From Chrysomallon squamiferum (taxonomy: Eukaryota > Animalia > Mollusca): a stretch of 64,000 nucleotides of DNA. The stretch lies in contig CM022675.1 in assembly GCA_012295275.1 (NCBI GenBank), forward strand, positions 12,090,001 through 12,154,000. The letters are read 5' to 3'. Each line of letters starts with the position of its first letter. Within the stretch, counting starts at the first letter, position 1. The notes below the pieces were generated by a model, which made no database searches, was not told where the DNA came from, and worked only from the letters and a program-made list of their open reading frames with translations. A program made the position numbers and the translations under genes. Shown piece by piece: positions 1 to 12,294 of the stretch.

Positions 1-232
1 CAAAACAGTTACTGATTCAAAGCAATTTTCTGTCTGAGTGCTGTGTGAAAGAAGGATACAACTGGCATCAGGCAAATTCATCTTCATATGTTTTACAGAA
101 AAAAAACCTAAATTTAATCACTAATATAAACCAAAAGCATTATTAAGATTTAGGAATCTGTATACAGATAACTAAAAAAAAAAAAAAAGTAGAAACAGTT
201 TCATCTTTCTACAATAAAAAAAATTATCTTCC

Positions 233-303
<71 letters not shown>

Positions 304-582
304 AATAAAATAAAATAAATAAATAAATAAATATAACAAAAACAAAATGTGAAAACAAAAACAAACTAACAAGCCAGCCATCGAGAACTTCTTTGTAATT
401 TCTTGGTTGTAAATTTTGGACAAATTTAAAAAACAAAAATACCTTATATTTCTAGAACTTCTTCTTATTAAATTTATAATAAATATTTAGAAATATTTGA
501 CACTTCCAAAACTTCTTCTTAGACCCACATCTGCTTGTAAATTTTTTTTTAATAAATATTAAAAAATATCTGACACTTCCAG

Positions 583-3500
583 GAGCCTGGATAATTACTG
601 GAGGAACAAACGCTGGAGTGATGAAACATGTAGGTGAAGCAGTTCGGGATTTCGGTCTGACTGCAAACAAACAGGGTCAAGTCATTGCCATTGGCATAGC
701 ACCATGGGGTTGCATTGATAAAAGACAAGAACTTGTTGACACAAAAGTGAGTAAATATGTTCAGTTATTTTGCTTTATGCATGCTTCTCAAATGGAATAA
801 ATTTGCAGAGAATCATGGAGCTGCTTTCAGAACAGAACAGAACTGAAGTAAATTCATATGTTATTTTCTTTCATGCATGGGCATCTTAAATGAAATCATA
901 GCTTTGACAACAGAAGAGAACTCATAGATGTAAACATTCAATGGACTGCTCATTTTTGACAGCAGAAAAGAATAATTTTATATGAGTATTCTGATGGAGT
1001 ATATATATATGTCAGTGGTCTCCCCATCATTTGTGAAAGGGATGGTGGGAATCGGTGTAATTGGTGCAAGTAATACAAAGGGATGATACAGAAAATGTTC
1101 AGTGTATAACTACTTTGAACAATGTTCAAATTACTTGTTTGTTTAAAATACTCCTATAAATAATAGCAAGTTTATTTTATTTGCATTTAAATAAATTCAG
1201 AGTGTCTGTTTTATTTATTATACAAAAAGAAGTTCACAAAATAAAAGGGTGGCAGATACTGCTGCCATGGTGACGAATGGCAGGCGAACTTGTAAGCTGT
1301 GAAAAAAATTAATAAATGGAAGAAGAAACAATTTATATAAACACTGAGGAATGAATTGATCTTAATCACCGTCATATCTCAGTCGAAATCTTCACAAATA
1401 AAATAATTAATACCCGTTATCTACTTGATATGTTTTCTATAAAAGTGCAGTGTTTATGATTATTTTCCTAAAATATCTGATAATGCAATTTATGTTAAAA
1501 AAAAAGGGACACATATACATGCAAGCATAAATATCTGCATTCACACCCTCACATACTTATATTCTTGTTATATTTTTCAGGGAAAGTGGCCTGCCAGTTA
1601 CAAAATAACAAAGCAGGCAACCAAGAAAGAATGTTTTCTTGATCCTAACCACTCACATTTTATTTTGATTGACAATGGAACACAACATAAATTTGCTGTG
1701 GAAATTCCTTTCAGGCCAAACTGGAGAGTACAATAGCAAATATGAAAACTGATACAGGACAAGGTAAATATATTTTATATTCACTATGAAAGAAAATAAT
1801 AAACTTTAATCAATATTAGCAGGATAATCATAATCTGTGACCATAACTAGTTGCTAAGATTTTAAAGTAATCGTATTTGTAATATAACCCCTATTAGAGT
1901 GAGAGTCTTTTGCACAAACAATTTTGCTTGTATTACATTACCAATAATTTTATTAAGACTTCATTTACATGAATAATACAATTCCTCCCAGATGCTGTCA
2001 GGGTTCCAGTGTGTATGCTGGTTCTTGAAGGGGGACCTGGGACTCTGGAAACCTGCTGTAGTGCCATTGAGAAAGGAACTCCTGCTGTCATCATTAAGGT
2101 ACTGTTCAATTTGTATACTGAATTTGAACAATATATCATCTTTAATAATCTTTAGTTATATGTTTATGGGTGCATCCACTGCAAAATAACATACACTGAG
2201 TAATGAAAATCAGTTATGTTTCCCTTAATGCCCCATTTGACCACTGAAATGTAAGCAAGGTCATGGTTGGGTGAGCAGAAGAAAAGAGATGCCATCCTAT
2301 TTTCAGTTATAACTTTTTTTTTTAATTTTTAGCTGTTTTCTTGCAGTATTTACTGTTTCTGTATCTGTATGAAGAATGTAAAATTTAATAGTGTAGGATT
2401 GTTTGTTACTGAAATTTTTAATTCCATGTATTATGTTACCAGCTCAGTTTGTGACTAAACATTAATGTTGCAAACTTGAATAATGGTAAATATTATTACG
2501 TATAAAATAGGAAGTTATCCTTGCATGGTGTCATTTTATTATGGTCACTATTCCTGTCTCTGTTACAATGTTTAAATGTTTATCTTTTTTAACAGAACAT
2601 TTTATTGTGTAATAAATACTGTAATTTGTCTAGTAAATTTGTCTATAGATTGGTAACTGTCACAAAATTGATTTGTAACCAAATGGGAATACGTAACAAA
2701 AATTACTTGTAACAAAGCATTGTTAATGAAAGGGTGGTGAAATGTCTGGTAACAAAAGTGTTTTATAACAAAATTGGCCCGTAACAAAATGTCCCATACT
2801 CAATTTTCAGGGATCAGGCAGAGCTGCAGACATCTTGGCTTATGCTTATCAGAACTCAAAAGAAGAGGAAGTTGAAAAGTGTGACAAAGAAGGAAGAATT
2901 CAGAAACAGTAAGTATATCTTTTTTAAAGTGTAGCTTATTGTGTTGTTTCTTTACTAGTTTCTTTGTTACATTTTTTTTTTTTTTTTTTTTTTTGTAACA
3001 GCAACCAAACTTTGTTAATAATAAAATATATAATTAAGTAGAAATATTTTGAATGTGTGCATGTGTGTGTGTTTATGTGCAAACTCCAAACTTTGTTAAT
3101 AATAAACTGTTGTAAATGACTTTCTAAAATTTTATTATTTATTACTGATTTTCTTGCTATTATTTTTATCATCATCATTTATTTATTTTATATCAGTGCT
3201 GTTTTCTTTGTTTGTTTTTTTTTATTTTTTTTTTTTAAAATAATTTTACTAAGACAAAACAAGGACCTAAAAAAACTTATCCAAAATTTAAATTTAATAA
3301 ATTTCAAAAAATTACATTTCAGAACTCAGACTGTTATTGATGCTGCTCTGGAAATCGAGATTACAGAGAGGGTGAAGGCTGAATTCACTGACTATGATCT
3401 CACTCAGAGGGTGGGCTGGGTTCGTCAGTGTCTTCAAAACCGAGACCTCCTGACAGTGTTTGAACTGGACTCTAGAAACTCAGCCAGTGATGTAGACATG

Positions 3501-3764
3501 GCAATCCTGAAAGCTCTTTTGAAAGGTGAATTGATTGTCTCAGTGTAAGACAAGAGTCTGTAGTAGTGATGTGTTGTCATTTTCAGTTTGTCTGAATCAG
3601 TGTTTTACTTTGTGAGAGATGTCGTGTGATTTAAAATATATATAATTTGGAATGATTATGGGATGATATTAGGTAGTTATCATATATTTTATTCTTTTTG
3701 ACGTTTGTGTATCTTTTAAGATATGCCTGTGTTCATTTGTTGTTTGTTTTTTTAAAATTTATAT

Positions 3765-3795
<31 letters not shown>

Positions 3796-6700
3796 TATAT
3801 ATTTTATTTATTTATTTATTTTTATTTTTATTTTTTATATAATTTTTCAAAATATATTTTTAGTTATTATTTATTATTATTGTAATTCCAAGTATTATTT
3901 TTTTTTATTTTCATAACATATATCTTTGTGTGTGTGTGTGTGTATGAGTATATATGTATCTGTTAATGCTTTAAACATAATTTACAAAATGTTGTTTAAT
4001 AAATCGTGTCTGATTTATTGCTCAGCTAACAAACATGAAGTAATGGATCAGCTTAAACTGGCGTTGGCCTGGAACAGAATTGACATAGCTAAGAGTGACA
4101 TTTTCACAGATGAGCGACTCTGGCCGGTAAGATCTACATTAACAGTCCTTTTAATTAATTCTGATTAGCAGGCATCTTAATGTTATTGCCTTTATATAAA
4201 TACGAAATGAGATTTGTTGTTTGAAAATGTAGATGTAAATTTTAATAATCTCTGTCTTTCTGAGTGTTTGTGTGTGTCTCTGTGTGTGTGTGTGTGGGTG
4301 TGTGTATTCAAAAAATATCTTATCGTTTTGTCTGAAGTCCAAAAGATTTGAAAATCTCTCCATAAATATGAAGAAGAATGTTACCCATCAGTTGATATTC
4401 AATAAATATGTTAAACTGAAGATGTCTGTGTTAGTATGAAGTATAATAATGTCTGCATGTGATCAACTGAAGATATCTGCATTAGCAAGAATTAAAATAG
4501 TGCATTAAATAGCTGATTTCATTCTGAGATTTTACATTTTGGCTCATATTTCATCTCTGTATTACTGACTGGTTACACTGGATGTGTTTTGTTGCTGATT
4601 TCAGGCTGGATCTCTTGATGATGTGATGCTGTCTGCCATTCAGTTAAACCGATCTGATTTTGTCGATCTCTTTCTTGATCATGGTGTCAACATCAAGGAC
4701 TTCCTCACTCCAAGGAGACTTTTCAGTCTTTACAACAATGTAACAGTTTACTTATTATTATTATTTTTAAAATTTATTTACTCAGATCTTAAATTCTTTT
4801 TATTAAAATATTAACTTAAAATAAAAAAAAAAAAAAAAAATACTTTGGATACCTGTGGCATACTGATACTATATATATGTATGTTACAAAGTAAAACAAA
4901 CTTTAAGTAATAAGCTTTACTGGATGTTATTAGTTATTATGTTATCTCTTTGTTTTAATGTAATTTTACATGTTATAACACTCTGTTTTTATTTCAGATA
5001 AATCAGAATTCTGTTCAGTATTCATTACTGTCCAAAATAAAAGCTCAAAAGGTAAGCAGTTCCTTAAAAAAAACAATGTCCCCTATTTGCTTAGATACTA
5101 AGAATCACAGTGACCTTTTCTCAAAATATTTTAAGGTCATTTTGTAATTTTTAAGGGTCATTCTTAGTCAGCTGAGCAAACTTGTTCTTCAGTGGCTGCA
5201 GACCCAATGGAAAGTTGTGCATCATTGTATGTAATGGGTAACACTGCATATTTTATCTTCATAAAATCAAACAGAAAACCAATAATGTTTTCATTTGCAG
5301 CAGTTAAAACAACTTTAAAAAAAAAAAAAAAAAAAAAATATCCAGTGTTCTTATTCAAGATATTTCAGCCTTTCAGTTCATATAACATTTTATATCAGTG
5401 TTAATACTTACACTAATATATAATTATATACATTTTAAATTGGTGAATTAAGAAATATTTGTGTTATGTATGTATGTTTATTTAAGTCAGTACATATCTG
5501 AGGTTAGTACCCAACTATTTCATTGTTAGGCTTATTTAATAAGCTTTTAATCATTTGCAGTATTTACCTAACAATTACAGGAAGTTTCCAGCTTTTTTAT
5601 TGGTTTGTTAATAGAATTTGACTTATGTTATTTAATGGAAATTTGCTGATTTGTAAAAGTGAAAAAAAATTATACTAATAACGTGCTGATACTTAACAGA
5701 ATTTATTTACAATGTATTAATAAATTAGAAAGATAAAAAAAACACATAAAAACGAAAAAGTGAAAAATTATATTTTTTTTTACAATTTATAATTAAGCAG
5801 TTGGTTAGTAAACTAGTTAAAAACATTTTAAACAATTAATAATAATAATAATAAAAATTTTAAGCAACGTTAAAACAAATTTAAAAATTAATAATAACAA
5901 CTTAATTAAAAGCATTATACATTTTTATTTTTACAGAGAAAACGAACAATCAAAGTTAGTTTTGGTTATATTTTCTTGGTGTAATTATAGATGTATTTAA
6001 AAATGTTTGTAGCAATAGCAATAATCACTTTTTATATATATATATATATACTAATCCTACTTTTCTCATTACTAATTGTTGTAAGACTGTATGTATGTGA
6101 TGCATTAAGACAGACCAAAAGTCCACAAAAATCTGGACATGAGAGATTTAATAATCATTACATTTCAAAAGTTTATTTTATTTTAATTTTTGGATAAGTT
6201 AAGTGGATATGATAGGTTTTAAAGTTGGCATAAAAATGGGATTTCACTGTTTGCATAACTTATGTGGATGTTTAAAAAAGACTAATATAGAATAAAAAAT
6301 ATTTTTATTTGCAGATACTTTATGAAGATGAGAAAGTTTATCAATAAATAAATGTTTTATATTTTAAAATGACTTCAATATTTTTGAATGCATATTTTGG
6401 CAAATCACTTATTTACATTTTCTCTAAAATATAAATGATTTTATTAAAGTTTCTATAATATTTACATAAAATGTTTTATTAACAGAACTTTTGTATAATT
6501 GTGTGTGTGGCTGTGTGTGTATATGTTGGTGTAACTGATTGTGCACATTAGCGTATACACACAGATGTATGCACACAGATGTATCTTGCAAACTGTAATA
6601 ATAACTGAATGTTGCATTTTGGAGTGACTTTATGCATTCACAAATGGGTTTCTTTAATCAACTGAAATAACAAACAAAATATTATATCTGGAAAAATAAA

Positions 6701-8901
6701 ATAATAATTATTAACAAAACATTAAATTTTTCTTTTTTTTCTTCTTTGCTTCACTCAGTAAATAAATAATAAATGTCATTGTTTCCATTTTAGCACAGTT
6801 CACATTTTGCTGGAAGTTGCCAAAAACACACATACATGCAAACATACATTGAAAAAAAAAAAAAAATAATAATAATAAAAAAATAACATTGTAATTGACA
6901 AAGATCATTATTATTGCATAATCACTTTATCAGTTTTTTTATTATAAATATGTCTCACATTCTCCAGTAGGTTCATATTCACTCATATGGTTTAAATTTG
7001 GGTTTTTTGCTTTTAGAGGCAAACATTTTGTAAAAAATTGTTGTAGTGAGTTTACTGTAGATTAGAGGTATCCAATCACCAGTTCATCCTGCATGTTATT
7101 GTTTTGCAAATCATCGACTCAAAAAAATATAGGCCAGCTATGTTAAGCCTGTCATAGTTAACAGTAATATTTAAGCTGTAATAATAATAATAATATATTT
7201 CTCTAATACTAGAAATTTCAGTAAAACTAACTTGTTAATTAGAATCTATAATTTCTTTTCAGTTCATTGTCAATAACCATGTATAATGAGAAAATTTCTT
7301 CATCTTGTTTCTTTCGTCTATTTTTTTCAAAATCCATTTAATCAAAAAACAAAACAAAAAATATGAAGTAATATAATTCTGTAAGAAATAACTGTCAGTG
7401 ATTTATTTTAGGTTCAGATAAATAATAAGTACTTCTTTGCCTTGATTGTGAAGTTAAATTAAATGTAGATATTTGAATAGAGAAATTAGCATGAATATAT
7501 TTATTATCTTTTCACATGCTGATTTTGAATTCTTATTTGAACACATTTTTAAATTAATCTAAGAATTAAATATGTTTTGACTATAATTATTTCATTTTCT
7601 TTTATTTTAAATCTGTTTATTTATTTATTTTATAATCAGTAAGCTTGTTAGGTTTCAGTGAAATATTTATTCAATCAATGATTTATTTTAATTTATTTTA
7701 ATTTTAATTTTATTATTCTTTTAAACATTAGAAATGTTTACACCATAATGAAATATATTTTACATGAAATTTTTCTTGCCATATTTTGATTATTATTTTC
7801 ATTTTTATAACATTACTGAATTTAATTTTAAATTTTCAGTTTAACTGTATTTAACTGGATTTATCCTTTGATTATTAAAATATTATCAATCTTATTTTTA
7901 TTTTTTTATTATATTTTTAAAATCAGAATCGTGCAAATTTCAATCTGGAGGACATTGGCTTGTTGATTCAGGATCTTCTGGGTGACTACTACCAGCCTTA
8001 CTACCTGACTGATAAAAAATACAGATACCTCAATGTTGACGACATACTTGACAATACTACAATAAATCGAGAAAGAAGCATAAGAGAAGGTTTGATGGGT
8101 GCAGCAATAATGATGGGAAACACTGGAAACACTATCATTGGTAAGATATGGAACAGAAATTAGCCATTAAGATGATATTGAATAATGTTTGTTATTTGAC
8201 TCTTGAAAGATTCCCTGTAGATAATGAAAATAAAGCAGTCTGTTAAGAATGTTGAATCATTTTTTTAATTGTTACTTTGGTAAAACACTAATGATGATGA
8301 TAATAACAGTACAACCAAAACAATAAAAACAAAAAATAAATTTGCAAATCATCAACTAAAATAAAACTAAATATACTACGTAATTTTTATGTATATTCTA
8401 AATTGTTTGTTTTCAGATCCAAAGCTTGTTGCCGATTCCACAGATTTCTTTCACCGACCAGCACAGGAACTTTTCATCTGGGCAGTTCTTCTTAACAGAC
8501 AAAGTTTGGCAAAACTGTTTTGGAGAGAAGGCAATGTAAGGATTAAAAAAAAAAATCAACTTTTTGTTTAATTAAGGACTTAAGAAATGCAGTGTATTCG
8601 TGGATGGATTCATGTTGTATTATTCTTTCTGTTTCTCTGATTCTATTTGTCTGTCTGTCTCTATATCTTTTTCTCTGTAGCTGTCTGTCTGTCTGTCTCA
8701 CTGACTCTATCTTTCTCTCTCTGTCTCACTTTCTATGTCAGTCTTTGTCTCTTTCTTCCTTTTTACTTAATCCATATTTAATACACACTCTTTCTCTCTG
8801 TTATTCTGAATCCATATTTAACTCTCTCTCTCTCTCTCTCTGCCCCTCATGGATGTATTCATATTGTATTATTCTGTCTAATGGTTTCTCTCAGTCTGTT
8901 T

Positions 8902-8935
<34 letters not shown>

Positions 8936-8992
8936 CCTCATGGATGTATTCATATTGTATTATTCTGTCTAATGGTTTCTCTCAGTCTGTTT

Positions 8993-9054
<62 letters not shown>

Positions 9055-9136
9055 CCTCATGGATGTATTCATATTGTATTATTCTGTCTAATGGTTTCTC
9101 TCCGTCTGTTTGTCATCTCTCTCTCTCTCTCTCTCT

Positions 9137-9199
<63 letters not shown>

Positions 9200-9866
9200 A
9201 CTGTCACTAACTCTGTTTCTCTGATTCATTTAATATATTCAACACGCACATTTTCAGGAACAAATTGCAGGGGCTCTGGTGGCCAATGCTTTGTTGAACG
9301 CCCTCAAAACACACACTGACGACGCAGAACAAATTAACAGTTTTACCAAAGATGCAGAGTAAGTATTTTACTCAGTCATTATTCTTTTATCTCTTTAATT
9401 TCCCCACAAACATGAAGAAACACTGGTTTTACCTTTTCATCCCCTCAGAGAATCAAATCATTTCGCTGTGCAGAGATGCAATGGAAATTTAATATGTTGT
9501 AATTAAATTGTTTAATGTAATGTGAAATATTGTAATTGAAATATTCTTGTGAAACTTCAAGTTACAGAAATAATGGGCACATTTATTGATTGTTACAGTT
9601 CTTTGATAAAATAAATTTATACCTCTTCTGAATCTACCACGAGTTGAATGATTCATAAAAACACTATAGTAATTACTAAAGTCAGTGTCATAATCATCCT
9701 CAGCAGGGGCTTTATTGTCTTATTATTATTATTATTATTATTACTATTACTATTACTATTTATTATTACTATTATTATTATTATTATTCTTTTATGTACT
9801 ATTATTAATATTTGTATTATTATTATTTAATCTTTTTTGACATTATTAGTTTTGTTTATCATCATC

Positions 9867-9898
<32 letters not shown>

Positions 9899-9965
9899 TA
9901 CTATTATTATTATTATTATTATTATTATTATCATTTATTATTATTATTATTATTCTTTTATGTAC

Positions 9966-9997
<32 letters not shown>

Positions 9998-10020
9998 TTT
10001 TATGTACTATTATTAATATT

Positions 10021-10051
<31 letters not shown>

Positions 10052-11333
10052 TATTATTACTGTATATTTCAGAGAATTTGAGAAACTCGCTATAGGCATT
10101 CTCAACAGCTGTAACAACAGTGACGAGAAGCGAACCCGAGAACTGTTGATTCGAGAACTGAGTAACTGGGGCGACACAACCTCCGTACTAATTGCTGTAC
10201 AAGCCGACAACAAACGATTTGTCTCACAAACTGCTTGTCAGAACCTCCTCAACAACATCTGGATGGGACAGCTGTCACATGACAACAATATGCTGGGTGT
10301 TAGTAAATTTAATAATTGTCATTGTAGGTTTACCTGTAATGAAAGCGAAAGGGAAATGCTGTTGTTAGTTTAATAGTAATTTGCTGGATAATTTAAAAAT
10401 AATGTTTTGGTTTCTTTGTTTATTTTTGTTTTTGTATATTTATAATAATTTTTTGGTTTCTTTGTTTATTTTTGTTTTTGTATATTTATTATTTTTTGTT
10501 GGTTTATTATTGTTATTATTGTTATCTTCATTATTATTATTTTATATACTGTTACTAGTATTGGTATTATTATTTATGTTTTCAAATATTTTTAGTTCTA
10601 TTATAATTGTTATTATTATCATTATTATTACAATCATATATTATTGTTGTTGTTGTTGTTGTTGTTGTTATTATTATAATCATATATTATTATTGTTGTT
10701 GTTGTTGTTGTTGTTGTTATTATAATTATAATCATATATTATTATTATAAAAACCATATTATGTGTTTTGTTTCAGCTGCTGTCCAGTATAATATTTCCA
10801 CCAATGATTTTTCTGGTTATCAAATTTCGTGATGAAGAAAAAGCTAAACATGAAGCACTTATTCATAGTTCAGAGCAACCCAAGGCCACAAACAAGGTAA
10901 TATTTTTTATATTAAGTAATTTTTTTACTATTAAAATGATTAAACTTACAGAACTTACAGAACTATTAGTTTAAATGAAATTTGCAATATTATTGTTCTT
11001 TTAAAATTAATAAATATCCCGAAAATTTGCTATATTATTATTTTAATTTTAATAACTTATCCTGAAAATATTCATAAAACAAAGATTCGTAATCTGTTAT
11101 GGCTTAGTGTAATATAAAAAAAAATTAATTGAATAATAAATATGAAATATTAGATTTCTGTAATTTACAAAAAAAAGAAAGAAAAAGGAATACTACTACT
11201 ACTACTACTACTACTAATAATAATAATAATAATAAATGAATAAAATATACATTTGTAAGATATAAAAGATTGGAATTTCTATAATTTTAAATTAATTATA
11301 TATTAAATTTTTTTTTTTTTAAATAAATTAGTA

Positions 11334-11365
<32 letters not shown>

Positions 11366-11894
11366 AAATAATAGAAACATTTTTTACTGAGTTGTTTGAT
11401 TTACCATTGAGATATTTTTTCCCATAAAAATATTTCTCTTTACAGTATGTGAACTGCATAACAGTTACTGAATGTTAAATTTTTTTTCAAATTGTTTTTT
11501 TCAAGCCATCCAGTGCTCGTTCAGTTAGACCAGAAATGATGAAAGAAGAGATGAAGGCTAGCATCATGGAGTTAGTGCTTTTCTTATCAACTTCTTGATT
11601 TAGTCATTTCATGGTTTACCAGTATAGAAAACAATAAAATATATAACTAGTTCATATATGTATGTGTGATGTGTTTGTGTGTGTGTCTGGTGCTATGTGT
11701 GTGCGTGAGTGTGGTATAGTTTTGTTTAAATCCCAGGTCTTCAACTTTGTTATTATTTTATTCCTTAACTATAAATGATTATGATTACTATTTCATTTTT
11801 GTTTATAAAAACAGAAATTGATTCAACCATCACTTAATGTTAGCAACATTATTTGAGTGAATGTTTTCAAAAAGATAATTTTTAAATTTTTAAA

Positions 11895-11944
<50 letters not shown>

Positions 11945-12212
11945 TGTTTTGTTAATTTATCCTGATGAAATTTTAAAAGAGCATTTTTGAAATGATGACT
12001 TTAATATATTTTATATGAAATTTTTTCAGAAAGGAAACAAAAAACAAAACCTGTATTAAGAAAAAATTTTCACCTGTGGAAAAACTGAAGTTATTCTACA
12101 CAGCACCAATCATCATATTTTACCTCAATGTGGTAAGAAATATTTTATTTACATTAAATAAATATTATTGAATTGATTTATATTATATACTATTATTATT
12201 ATTATTTATTTA

Positions 12213-12294
<82 letters not shown>

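Noticed and set aside
1012-1292. Possible MITE in a TRPM intron (cagtggtctcccc...ggcaggcgaacttg)
   Set aside because: Terminal inverted repeats are too degenerate and there is no clear target-site duplication
9648-10725. Poly-Leu/Ile/Tyr/Ser ORFs resembling membrane or signal peptides (also 224-436, 8592-9224, 21291-21590, 60889-61728)
   Set aside because: Translations of (TAT)n, (CT)n, (TG)n and (GA)n microsatellites
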